From an uncultured Acidobacteriota bacterium (lineage in GTDB: Bacteria > Acidobacteriota > Vicinamibacteria > Vicinamibacterales > 2-12-FULL-66-21), in NCBI GenBank assembly GCA_963742265.1, contig CAVULC010000002.1, positions 243,016-307,015 on the forward strand: DNA of 64,000 bases. The letters run 5' to 3'. A program made the position numbers and the translations under genes. Positions 30,108 through 39,362 of this stretch are shown here, in pieces. A model generated the notes under the pieces. That model saw only the letters and a list, made by a program, of their open reading frames with translations. It had not been told where the DNA came from and did no database searches. The number at the start of each line of letters is the position of its first letter. The first letter of the stretch is position 1.

Positions 30108-31383
30108 TTGCCTGATGCGGCGCTTCGAAATCCACTTCGACAACTCACGCGCGACGGCCGGCTGCTCTTCGCGACGCGGTTCGTGCGCCTGTTTGCGTAC
30201 GGCGCCCTGTCGGTCGTGCTGGTCTTCTACCTGGTCGGGCGTGGGCTGAGCGAGTCGCAGGACCGGTCTTCCTCCTCACGGCCACGCTGATCGGAGATAC
30301 GGTCGTCTCCTTGTTTCTCACCACCCGCGCCGACCGCATCGGCCGCCGCCGGATGCTGATCATCGGCGCCGCGCTGATGGCAGCGGCAGGAGCCTGGTCT
30401 TCGCCTCCACGTCCAACTGGTGGCTGCTGCTGCTCGCCGGCACGATCGGCGTGATCAGCCCGAGCGGTCACGAGGTCGGCCCGTTCCTGTCAATCGAACA
30501 GGCCGCGCTCTCGCACGTGGTCACCGATCAGACGAGGACCCGGGTGTTTGCGTGGTACACGCTGGCCGGCTCGTTCGCCACGGCGTTCGGCGCACTCGCC
30601 GGCGGCACGCATCACGCGCGCGCTGCAGAGCGCCTCGTGTCGAACCCGTGACCACATATCGTGGCGTCGTCATTCTCTATGCGGCGTTCGGGCTGCTCTT
30701 GATCGTGCTGTTTCTCGCAGCTGTCCCGTGCCGCTGAAGCGGCGAGCTTCGACGAGCGGAGGCGTTCAGCCGGACGTTCGCCGGCGTCTCGGGACTGCGA
30801 CCAGTCGCGCTCGGTCGTGATGAAGCTGTCGGCGCTCTTCGCCCTGGATTCATTTGGCGGCGGCTTCGTCATTCAGAGTTTTGCCGCGTACTGGTTCTAT
30901 CTTCGCTTCGGGCTGGATCCCGGGACGCTCGGCGCAATTTTCTTCTGGGCCAACATCTTCGCCGGTATCTCGGCGCTGCTCGCGGCACGCTTGGCCAGCC
31001 GGTTCGGCCTGATCAACACGATGGTCGCCACCCATCTGCCGTCCAACGTTCTGCTGATCATGGTGCCGCTGATGCCGACGTTGTCGTGGGCGATCGCCGT
31101 GCTGCTGGCGAGATTCAGCATCAGCCAGATGGACGTTCCGACGAGGCAGTCGTACGTGATGGCAGTGGTGAGCCCTCAGGAGCGATCCGCGGCGGGAGGC
31201 ATCACATCGGTCGCGCGCACCATCGGTGCCGCCATCAGTCCGCTGTTCGTCGGCTTCATGTTCGCGCGGCCGCGGCTGGTGAACCTGCCGTTCTTCATCG
31301 CCGGCACCTTGAAGATCGTCTACGACCTGCTGCTCTATCGCGCGTTCGTCAAGGTGCGCGCCCCGGAAGAATTGCCGCGGTGA
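30108..31383 (+). CDS. MFS transporter (several frame changes in the N-terminal half)
   Basis: FATRFVRLFAYGALSVVLVFYLVGRGL, TTRADRIGRRRMLIIGAALMA (MFS motif-A-like). The C-terminal half is intact as ORF 30817..31383. Confidence 0.7.
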
Positions 31384-31394
31384 ACGCGACAACC

Positions 31395-31833
31395 TTACAG
31401 GGCGGGCTTGCCCTTCAGAACGCCCAGCTGGATCAACAAGCCGGTGAAATCGTAGTAACGCCGCTCGTGCGCGATCAGGTTGTCGCGCAATTCGAACAGT
31501 CGCACTCCCTGGATATGGAACTTCTTCCTGGTGCCCGCCAGGCCCATGAACTCACCGACGTGAGTCGCCTGTGCGGTGAACGGCTCGGCGACCCGGTTGC
31601 CGTGGATCAGCAGGTCTTCGCTTTGATAGGTCCAGTCAGGAAAGACTTCGAACAGCGATTGATATGACTGAAGGATCGCTTCCCTTCCACTGACGGTCCT
31701 GAAGATCGGGCTCACGACCACGCCGTCCGGGGTGTGACACGAGGCCAGCGCCCGAGGCGTCGCGGGTATTCCAGTAGTTCAATTGCCGTGCGAAGAGCTC
31801 CTGGGTTTCCTGGTCGGTCACGCAGACCTCCAT
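31395..31833 (-). CDS. SnoaL-like / ester-cyclase (NTF2-fold) protein (1 frame change)
   Basis: MEVCVTDQETQELFARQLNYWNTRDASG.. continues in the next frame as ..VVVSPIFRTVSGREAILQSYQSLFEVFPDWTYQSEDLLIHGNRVAEPFTAQATHVGEFMGLAGTRKKFHIQGVRLFELRDNLIAHERRYYDFTGLLIQLG. Confidence 0.7.
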
Positions 31834-31921
31834 TGAGCGGGTGGTCCGGATTCTATCGGAATCTCCGTTCACTCATGGCAACCGGTGATGGGTGCTGGTT
31901 CGTCACCTGGAAGTCCCCGGT

Positions 31922-31977
31922 TTGACAGCCCTGGCCGGAGGTGTTACAAAAGTCGCAGAGGTGTTATAAAAATCGCA
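31922..31977 (+). promoter_or_regulatory. sigma-70-type promoter (TTGACA-17-TACAAA) overlapped by two tandem 20-bp direct repeats, a candidate BlaI-family operator
   Basis: TTGACA at 31922-31927 and TACAAA at 31945-31950. Repeats GAGGTGTTACAAAAGTCGCA (31938-31957) and GAGGTGTTATAAAAATCGCA (31958-31977) match at 18 of 20 positions. The second ends at the blaI-like ATG. Confidence 0.55.
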
Positions 31978-32405
31978 TGGCAAAACGCGCCGGCCCGACA
32001 ATGCTGACGAAGCGCGAACGGCAGATCATGGATGTGCTGTACCGGCTTGGCCGCGCATCCGCCGCGGAGATCATGGACCGGCTGGACGGTGCCCCCACCT
32101 ACTCGACCGTACGCACGCAGCTGCGCGTGCTCGAGCGAAAGGGCCACGTGAAGCACCAGCAAGAAGGACTGCGCTACGTGTACATGCCGACGCTCGCCAA
32201 GCATTCTGCCCGCCGGTCCGCATTGAGACACCTGGTCGACACCTTCTTCGACGGGTCGACGACCAAGGCTGTCGCGGCGCTCCTCGGCGGAGAGGCTTCG
32301 CGCGTCTCCGATCAGGAGCTGGCTCGCATCGAAGAGATGGTCGAGATGGCGAGGGACGTTCGCAAAGACGATGGGCCGAAGAGTGCCCGGGGGGAACGGC
32401 GGTGA
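31977..32405 (+). CDS. BlaI/MecI/CopY family transcriptional repressor
   Basis: Winged-helix LTKRERQIMDVLYRLGRASAAEIMDRLDGAPTYSTVRTQLRVLERKGHV. GTGA overlap with the downstream M56 gene. The ATG at 31977 is preferred over the ORF-track alternative start at 31941. Confidence 0.85.
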   Translation: MAKRAGPTMLTKRERQIMDVLYRLGRASAAEIMDRLDGAPTYSTVRTQLRVLERKGHVKHQQEGLRYVYMPTLAKHSARRSALRHLVDTFFDGSTTKAVAALLGGEASRVSDQELARIEEMVEMARDVRKDDGPKSARGERR

Positions 32406-34027
32406 CGATCTTGATCGGTCTCGCGCTTCGATCTTCCGTGATCCTGGCCCTGGGTCTGCTGCTGGTCCTGTGCCTGGCGAAACGATCCGCGGCATTGAGG
32501 CACCGTGTGCTCGCCGTAACGCTGGTTGCGGCGGTCGCTGTCGTGCCATTGCGCTTCACGCTGCCGGATTGGACAGTGACGCTGCCCGCACCGACCGCTC
32601 ACATCGATCGCATTGCCGGTCACACTGGTGTTGCAGAAATGCCGGTCCCCGGAGTGCAACCGGCGAGCGTCCAGCCGGAGACGACCTGGTCGGGCGCCGC
32701 GGCAGTGCGGCCCGTCTGGCTGATCGTGCTCGTCTGGCTCGGCGGTGTCGTCATCAACGCCGTCGTGCTGATCGAAGGCCTGTTGCGCGTGACTACCCTC
32801 GCCGCTCGTGGTTCGCCGATCGACGACAGGCGATGGATCCAGATTTTGGAAACGGCCAGAGGTGACTATGGACTGTCACGCCGAATCGTCGTTACTCGAA
32901 CCGACTCAGTCGATCTGCTCGCCACCTGGGGTGTCTTCCGGCCGCAGGTGCTGCTGCCCCGGGGGGCAGCCGAATGGCCATTGGACCGTGTGCACATTGT
33001 CTTCTCGCACGAACTGGCGCACATCAGCCGCCACGACTGGCTCGTGCAGATCGGAGCTGAAAGCGTGCGCGCCCTGCTCTGGTTCAACCCGCTCGCATGG
33101 ATCGTCTGCCGCCGGCTCCGTTGTGAGAGCGAGCAGGCATGCGACGACGAAGTCATCCGCCGCGGCGTCGGTGGCCGTGACTACGCGGCGCACCTGCTGG
33201 CACTGGCGCGGCAGTGCCGCCGGCCACGTTCTTCATGGGCCGCCGTCGTCCCCATCGCCCATCCATCAACTCTGGAGAGGAGAATTGCTGCCATGTTGAA
33301 TCCGCACCTCGAACGCCAGGCGCCATCACGACGTGCTGTCGCTGGGATCGCTACTGCCATTCTTCTCCTTTCGCTACCGGTCGCGGGGCTTCGCGCACGA
33401 CAAGCCGGTCCGGCACCGCTCTCGGGCACCATCTACGATGCCAGCGGTGCAGTGATGCCCGGCGTTGCGGTCACGCTGCTGGATTCGAACGAGATTCCTT
33501 CCAGGGCGACGACGAACGCGAGCGGCCGCTTCCAGTTCTCGCCCGTCGACGCGGGCAAGTACGTGCTCGAAGCCGCGATCCCCGGATTCAGGCCGCTGCG
33601 TCAGGAGTTCGAGCTGCGCGACCCGCCCGACTGGAATCGAGCCGTCACGCTGCAGGTCGGCGAGCTGAGGGAGACGATCACCGTCCGTGAAAGCCGAATG
33701 AATGCGACAACGCAGGCCGCACCGGCTCCGCCAGTGATCCGGGTCGGAGGCAACGTCCGTGCACCGCGTAAGGAGGTGAACGTCCCCCCGGTCTATCCGG
33801 CGGCCATGCGGGAGGCGGGTCTCACGGGTGTTGTGCCGATCGAAGCCGTGATCGGGCGCGATGGCACCGTGTCGTCTGTCCGTGTGCTCAGCGCGCAGGT
33901 TCATCCTGATTTCGCGATCGCAGCGGTCGATGCCGTTCGGCAGTGGCGCTTCACCCCTACGCTGCTGAACGGCATCGCCGTCGAGGTCGTGATGCGAGTC
34001 AGCGTCACATTCGACCTCGACGACTAG
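32402..34027 (+). CDS. BlaR1-like M56 peptidase sensor fused to CarboxypepD_reg and TonB C-terminal domains
   Basis: M56 HExxH in FSHELAHISRHDWL. LSGTIYDASGAVMPGVAVTLLD..NASGRFQFSPVDAGKYVLEA (CarboxypepD_reg). PPVYPAAMREAGLTGVVPIEAVIGRDGTVSSVRVLS..AVRQWRFTPTLLNG (TonB_C). Confidence 0.85.
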   Translation: MTILIGLALRSSVILALGLLLVLCLAKRSAALRHRVLAVTLVAAVAVVPLRFTLPDWTVTLPAPTAHIDRIAGHTGVAEMPVPGVQPASVQPETTWSGAAAVRPVWLIVLVWLGGVVINAVVLIEGLLRVTTLAARGSPIDDRRWIQILETARGDYGLSRRIVVTRTDSVDLLATWGVFRPQVLLPRGAAEWPLDRVHIVFSHELAHISRHDWLVQIGAESVRALLWFNPLAWIVCRRLRCESEQACDDEVIRRGVGGRDYAAHLLALARQCRRPRSSWAAVVPIAHPSTLERRIAAMLNPHLERQAPSRRAVAGIATAILLLSLPVAGLRARQAGPAPLSGTIYDASGAVMPGVAVTLLDSNEIPSRATTNASGRFQFSPVDAGKYVLEAAIPGFRPLRQEFELRDPPDWNRAVTLQVGELRETITVRESRMNATTQAAPAPPVIRVGGNVRAPRKEVNVPPVYPAAMREAGLTGVVPIEAVIGRDGTVSSVRVLSAQVHPDFAIAAVDAVRQWRFTPTLLNGIAVEVVMRVSVTFDLDD

Positions 34028-34033
34028 CCGCAT

Positions 34034-35989
34034 CTACTTAACAGGCGGGTTGTGCTGCTGTCGGAACTCGCGCAGGAACCCCATGACGCCGGCTGAGATC
34101 GCATCGCCGGAGCCGTTCGTGCCGGTCACCAGAATGTCCGGCACGAAGCGATTCCCGCTCTTCGCCAGTTCCGAGATGACGTTGACCAGCGCGGTCGTTT
34201 CGGGCCCGAGCGCGTCCTTCTGCGCTTCGAACCCTTTGGCGCGGGCGAGGCCGATCGCTTCGATTTCTGCGCCGCGTGCCCGTCCCGTCTGTTCGATGTA
34301 GGTGGCTTCACCGTCGGCTTCGGCCTTTCGCGCACGGGCGCGGTTCTCCTTGATGATGATGTCCACCTCGGAACCGGCCAGGTCGCGTTGCCGATCGGCA
34401 AGCCCTCCCTGTTTCTCCATCGCGATGCGATTCAGTTGCGCTTCCTTCTGTGCAGTAAAGGTCACCTTCTCCTGGTTCGCGATTTCTCGCTGCGTGAGTA
34501 CGGTCACGATCTCTCCGGGCAGGACCACGTCCTGGATGTAGACGCCGCGCGTCTCGACGTTGTACTTGCGGATCTGCTCCGTGATGTACGCCTGCGCCTG
34601 CCTCTGAACCGAGGCCCGGTTCTCGATGAACTGCACCGCCGCCATGCCCTGCAACGTGTCACGGAAGTAGTTCCCGACGACGGCCTGCAGCACCTCGTTG
34701 ACGAGATTCTGCATCGTCCCGACCATCGAGATCACCTTGGGCGCGAGCTTGTCAGCCACGTGGATCTGCACCTGCAGATCGATATTGAAGACGAATCCTT
34801 CCTTCGACTTCGCGATGACCTGCCGCAATTGCATGTCCAGCGTATGCGCCTGCGAGCTGGCTTCCGCCCAGTTCAGTGTGAGAATCGCGGTCGGGACCAT
34901 CTCCGCCTGGTAGATGCGCGGATTGATCGCGTATTTGCCCGTTCGCAGCGGTTCCTCCCAGATCCCACGGTGTCCGGGGTGCACGATGGATCCATGCTTG
35001 AACTCATCGCCTGAGACGTCTTCGGTCGGAAGACCGACCGCCGCCTTGATCACCGCCACCTCGCCCTGCCTGACCACCAGCATCGGCACGGTCTCGACTC
35101 GTACGAGGTAAGGATTGAGCGCGTACGATCCGTAAAGCAGCGGATCGTGCTGCAAACCAATCCTGCCGCCCGAGTCCAGGAACTTCTGGTAGTCCTGGTA
35201 GTTGTTGTGGCGCTCGTTCTGATTGCCGATGAGCACGTCGGCGATTTCGGCGTCGCTGCGCCCATCTGCTTCCATCTTCTTCACATCGTCGAAGCGTCCG
35301 AGGCGGCAGGCGATGTCGCCGGACGGAAGCGGTTCTCCCTCCAGTGTCTCGACGATGCCGACGCGGTCGATGACCTTCTCGCCACCCGCTTCCTTGATTC
35401 GAAGCGGCTCGATGACCTTCAACGTCAGATCTTCAGCGTGCAAGCCGAAGAGCGCCGGGCCGAACTTGCCGCGGTACTGCGCGTTCACTGGCAGGCCGAA
35501 GCTGCGACTTTGCGTCAGGACGAGGAACGCCACCGGGTGCAGCGGCAGGATCGCGCCTGGGGGGAGTACGGCACGCTGAACACCCTGCTGTCCGCCGGAA
35601 CCGATGAAACCGCGAACGTCCGTGAACTGTCCGAATTGCGGCTTGTAGATACCTGATTTCCAGCCGGTGGGCAGCGGCGCCCCCACCTGTGCGACGATCA
35701 GCCCGATCTCGCCGGTTGCAATCTGCACCCATGGGTGCTTCTCGACGCGATTGATCGGCCACAGGCAGAAAGCAAGCCCCGGCATCAGGAGGTCCGCCTG
35801 GTAGCCGGCTTCCCCACCGAGCGCAACCGGTCCTTCCGACCGCTTTTCCCGACCCACGCGTTTGATCACCAGCCCGACTTCGTTGGGGCCGATTCGAATC
35901 GTGGACATTGCGGCGATCGCAATCCCCAGGAAGAGTACGAGCGACAATGCGACAAAGATCCCGAGTGTCAGGAGGGTGTAATCGGCCAC
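34034..35989 (-). CDS. flotillin-like SPFH/Band-7 domain protein
   Basis: Intact 651-aa ORF. N-terminal anchor LLTLGIFVALSLVLFLGIAIAAM followed by IRIGPNEVGLVIKRVG. C-terminal Ala/Glu-rich flotillin-type region (..NRARARKAEADGEATYIEQTGRARGAEIEAIGLARAKGFEAQ..). Confidence 0.8.
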   Translation of the reverse strand: MADYTLLTLGIFVALSLVLFLGIAIAAMSTIRIGPNEVGLVIKRVGREKRSEGPVALGGEAGYQADLLMPGLAFCLWPINRVEKHPWVQIATGEIGLIVAQVGAPLPTGWKSGIYKPQFGQFTDVRGFIGSGGQQGVQRAVLPPGAILPLHPVAFLVLTQSRSFGLPVNAQYRGKFGPALFGLHAEDLTLKVIEPLRIKEAGGEKVIDRVGIVETLEGEPLPSGDIACRLGRFDDVKKMEADGRSDAEIADVLIGNQNERHNNYQDYQKFLDSGGRIGLQHDPLLYGSYALNPYLVRVETVPMLVVRQGEVAVIKAAVGLPTEDVSGDEFKHGSIVHPGHRGIWEEPLRTGKYAINPRIYQAEMVPTAILTLNWAEASSQAHTLDMQLRQVIAKSKEGFVFNIDLQVQIHVADKLAPKVISMVGTMQNLVNEVLQAVVGNYFRDTLQGMAAVQFIENRASVQRQAQAYITEQIRKYNVETRGVYIQDVVLPGEIVTVLTQREIANQEKVTFTAQKEAQLNRIAMEKQGGLADRQRDLAGSEVDIIIKENRARARKAEADGEATYIEQTGRARGAEIEAIGLARAKGFEAQKDALGPETTALVNVISELAKSGNRFVPDILVTGTNGSGDAISAGVMGFLREFRQQHNPPVK

Positions 35990-36097
35990 GGTGGGCCTCC
36001 AAATGCCGGCGGGGTTAGCTGACGGGCTCGAGGTTGGAGTTCCTCTATTTCACGGCCGCTTCGCCGGCACAGGCCGGGTGGCGACCTCGAAAATTCG

Positions 36098-36153
36098 CCC
36101 CGTGGCGCGGATATCGCGCCGGTGGTTCCCCCGTGGCGCCGGTTCAGGGCGCC
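36098..36153. other. two GC-rich hairpins, each starting with the direct repeat CCCCGTGGCGC, in the flotillin/lipoprotein divergent intergenic region
   Basis: CCCCGTGGCGC at 36098-36108 and 36129-36139. Hairpins GGCGCG-gatat-CGCGCC (36104-36120) and GGCGCC-ggttcag-GGCGCC (36135-36153). Confidence 0.35.
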
Positions 36154-36259
36154 TTAGGCTGAAATCCAATATACGCCTTTGCCGGCAGGATTCAACTCAC
36201 CTGCTGCTGCTGCGCAATCCGTGATACCGTCCGGCCACTCACGAGTCAGGAGGTCGCTG

Positions 36260-36607
36260 ATGTCCCGCAACCCCCGTTCGCTCTCGTTCGTGGCCCTCGC
36301 TCTCCCAATCCTCAGTGTCTTCGCGCTCGCACTGGCCGGCTGCGGCGGAGCGGGCGGTGGCGGCGGCGCCGCTGCCAGCAAACTCGATGGCTTCTACCGC
36401 GGCGTCGCGGGCGGCCCGATCACCCTCAACATCAAAGGCGGCAAGGCCACCCTCGGCGTTGCCAATGAGTCCAAGACGCTGGATTACAAAGTCGAGGGGA
36501 ACAAGCTCACCATCCTGGATCCCCAGGCCGGCAACATCGTGTTCACCATCAACGACGATGGCACGCTGAATGGCGAGTTGGGCATCATGACGAAAAAGGA
36601 CTCGTGA
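36260..36607 (+). CDS. small lipoprotein, function unknown
   Basis: AGGAGG lies upstream of the ATG at 36260. Signal peptide plus lipobox: MSRNPRSLSFVALALPILSVFALALAGC. A Gly-rich linker is followed by a beta-rich body. Confidence 0.7.
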   Translation: MSRNPRSLSFVALALPILSVFALALAGCGGAGGGGGAAASKLDGFYRGVAGGPITLNIKGGKATLGVANESKTLDYKVEGNKLTILDPQAGNIVFTINDDGTLNGELGIMTKKDS

Positions 36608-36626
36608 CGTCGCAAGCAGAACCCGG

Positions 36627-37910
36627 CTAGTGCCGGAACCGGTCTCCGTACACGAGGGGCTGCTGCGTGCGCCAGGGGTGATACTCGTTGACGAAGTCGA
36701 TTCGCTCGCCCAGCGGGGGATGGCTTTCGCGCCACAGCTTGAACAGCAGGCCGGGACGTGGATTGGCCAGCGCATCCTGCTGCAGCTTGACGAACGCGGT
36801 GCCGGCGCTGTGGCTGGTCTGGGTGATTTCGAGGCCGAACCGGTCGGCTTCGTGTTCGACATGTCGCGTGTAGGCAAGTTCCACCGGCGTGGCCACGAGT
36901 CCGAACCCGGCAAACAGGAGTAGCAGTAAAGGCAGTGACGCTACATCAGCGAGCGTGGTGAACCCGAACCGCTCGCGGTACCGGGCAATCACGGCATCGG
37001 CGGTCCGGTAGGCGACGTAGAGCGATGCGAGCAGGAAGACGGCCGTGAACGCCATTCCTTGCCACACGTGCCCGAGCACGTAATGGCCCATCTCATGCCC
37101 CATCACGAACAGCAATTCCCGTTCATTCATTCTCTTCAGAATCGTGTCCCACAGCACGATGCGCTTGGTAGCGAACACGCCCGCGACGTATGCGTTGAGC
37201 GTCTTCGTGTCGACGCTCTTGTTCACTTCGTAGACGCGGCTGCCCTCGATGCCGGCGCGATCCGCCATCGCGAGGATCTTCGACTCGAGCTGCTTGTCGT
37301 GCATCGGTTCGAATTTGTTGAAGAGTGGTGCGATCCAGATCGGTGCGACCAGGTTCGCCAGCAGGATGAACGGCATCAGCGCCATCGCGGTGTACAGCCA
37401 CCATCGGCGCGGGCTTTTGCGGAGCAGAAGGTAAGGCACCCAGATCACGAGCGGGCCGATCATGCATGCCAGCGCCAGCGACTTCAATGAATCGCCGAAC
37501 CACTTGCCGAACGTCTGATTGGAAAGTCCGTACGCATGCTGACGGACGAACTCGGTGTAGTAGCTGAGTGGCAGATCGATGACTGCGGTCAGCACCGTGA
37601 AGAGCACGAAGTACACCACGATCGTGAAGAACCAGTTCCGCCCGACGCGTTTCGCGACATTGCGCATCGCCGCCGAAAAACCGGTGGCCAGCAGCAGCAC
37701 CATCACCGCGACCGACCAGACCTGCTCGACTATCCACAGCACATTGCCGCTGTTGTAGTAGCGCATGGCGAGCTCGCTCGGTTCGGGCACCGCCACGGGC
37801 GCTGATTCGTCGACCGCCAGGGCCTCTGCCGTGGGCGGAGTATTCAGGGACTGGGGTTCAGCAACGGCGCCACCGAGCGCGAGTGCAAGCAAGAACGGAG
37901 CGATCACCAT
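36627..37910 (-). CDS. M48 family (Ste24/HtpX-like) zinc metallopeptidase
   Basis: HExxH in FVMGHEMGHYVLGH. N-terminal multi-TM region ..LSYYTEFVRQHAYGLSNQTFGKWF... C-terminal ..SHPPLGERI... Start taken at MVIAPFLLALALGG. Confidence 0.85.
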   Translation of the reverse strand: MVIAPFLLALALGGAVAEPQSLNTPPTAEALAVDESAPVAVPEPSELAMRYYNSGNVLWIVEQVWSVAVMVLLLATGFSAAMRNVAKRVGRNWFFTIVVYFVLFTVLTAVIDLPLSYYTEFVRQHAYGLSNQTFGKWFGDSLKSLALACMIGPLVIWVPYLLLRKSPRRWWLYTAMALMPFILLANLVAPIWIAPLFNKFEPMHDKQLESKILAMADRAGIEGSRVYEVNKSVDTKTLNAYVAGVFATKRIVLWDTILKRMNERELLFVMGHEMGHYVLGHVWQGMAFTAVFLLASLYVAYRTADAVIARYRERFGFTTLADVASLPLLLLLFAGFGLVATPVELAYTRHVEHEADRFGLEITQTSHSAGTAFVKLQQDALANPRPGLLFKLWRESHPPLGERIDFVNEYHPWRTQQPLVYGDRFRH

Positions 37911-38061
37911 GCAGTCGTGTCCTTTCGGGAAGCCCAATGCTACCTCTGCCGGGGGAGACTCGTGACGTGCATGCGTTGCCAGCAACTCCGGCGATGTCCC
38001 AGCAGGCCCTTTTTTTCAAGGACAGGGCCTACTGTGGTCCATGAATTGCTAGCCGCGCACC

Positions 38062-39154
38062 ATGCCTCGCACTCGCGTTGTTCGTCCCCTACTCGTTCTC
38101 GGCATCGCTCTCTTCATCGCGTTCGTAGTAGGTGGCGTCGGAACCGCACCCCGCTACAACCGGATCGTCTTTGGTGCGCTGCCGTTGGCGGGTGCGCTGA
38201 TCTGCTTTGGCGCTGTGGCGTACTCACGGCGGTCCGCAGCCGGCCGAAAAGGGCTTGCCCTTGCCTTCGCGGCAGTGCTCTGGGTGCTGGCAGCGGGCAT
38301 CTGTGCGATCTGGTGGCAGCCGTCGTTAACCGGAAGCGTCAAGCCTGAACCGCACAACCAGCGGGCGCACGCCCTTCTCACGCTGAACGCGGACCGTCAG
38401 CGTCACGCGCTGTTCGACGAGTTGCGGCCGGTTGCGCTCGACACCTGCGATCTTCAACGGTTCGGCGATCCCTCGAGCGACGGCGGGTATCTGATGTGCG
38501 GCAATCTACTCTCCCCGATAAGGTCCGCGTATTCTTACGGGATCGAGGGGCGGGATCGATGGGGCTGTGATGTGTCACAGCGATTCAGTGTGCGAGTTCA
38601 TGAGTACCGACTGTTTCGATACCAGACGACCGGTGTGCTCGGCGGGAGATACCGAGTTCCATGCCGAATGCGTCGCGCCAGTTGCCAGTGTCGATGAAGC
38701 GTCTCGAGTCTTCGACAGCCTCGAGAATCAAGTCAAGAGGAATGGGGACGCTGGGAATCCGATCGTCATCAAAATGGACGTCGAAGGCGCGGAGTGGGCC
38801 ACACTGGCGCAAACCCCGGATGAAATCCTCGCGCGTACCGAGCAGCTCGTGATCGAGTTCCACGGGGTCGGACTCGAGCAGCAGGTGGCCGTCGTGCGAC
38901 GCCTGAAGCAGTTCTTCCATGTCGCCCATCTGCATTTCAACAACTACAGTTGCCTGGAGCGGCTCGATCCGTTCCCTGCCTGGGCGTATGAAGTCCTCTT
39001 TGTGAGCAAGCGGCTGGCGCACGCGACAGGACCGGCGGCGCCCGGTCCGCATCCGCTGGACGCGCCGAATGCGCCATACGATCCTGACTGCCAGGCACCT
39101 ACGACGCGGTGGACGCATGCGTTACCTGGTGCTCTGCGGGGCTTCCAGCGCTAG
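38062..39154 (+). CDS. membrane-anchored FkbM/Methyltransf_21-like protein (1 frame change at about 38620)
   Basis: Three N-terminal hydrophobic helices. Then [27 protein letters not shown] and, in the second frame, [25 protein letters not shown], which resembles the FkbM-type KxDxEGxE motif. Confidence 0.55.
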
Positions 39155-39260
39155 CTGAGGGTGTGGGCGCAAAAGATAGACGAGGATGCGCCAACAAGCG
39201 AATGGAACGGAGCGAGCTGGCGAAGCGCGAGCGAGTGGAGGGAGGGAGCGTTAGAAAATG

Positions 39261-39337
39261 TGGTCGGGGCGAGTGGATTCGAACCACCGACCCCTCGGTC
39301 CCGAACCGAGTGCTCTACCAGGCTGAGCCACGCCCCG
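39261..39337 (-). tRNA. tRNA-Pro (anticodon CGG)
   Basis: The minus strand reads CGGGGCG TG GCTC AGCCTGGTA GAGC A CTCGG TTCGGGA CCGAG GGGTC GGTGG TTCGAAT CCACT CGCCCCG A CCA (77 nt). Confidence 0.93.
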
Positions 39338-39362
39338 ACTAAGCGTGAACCGACATTCTACC

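Noticed and set aside
38003-38035. GGCCCT-tttttttcaaggac-AGGGCC hairpin with a T-run, as an intrinsic terminator.
   Set aside because: The T-run lies inside the loop and not after the stem on either strand. The site is in a divergent promoter region, where no terminator is needed.
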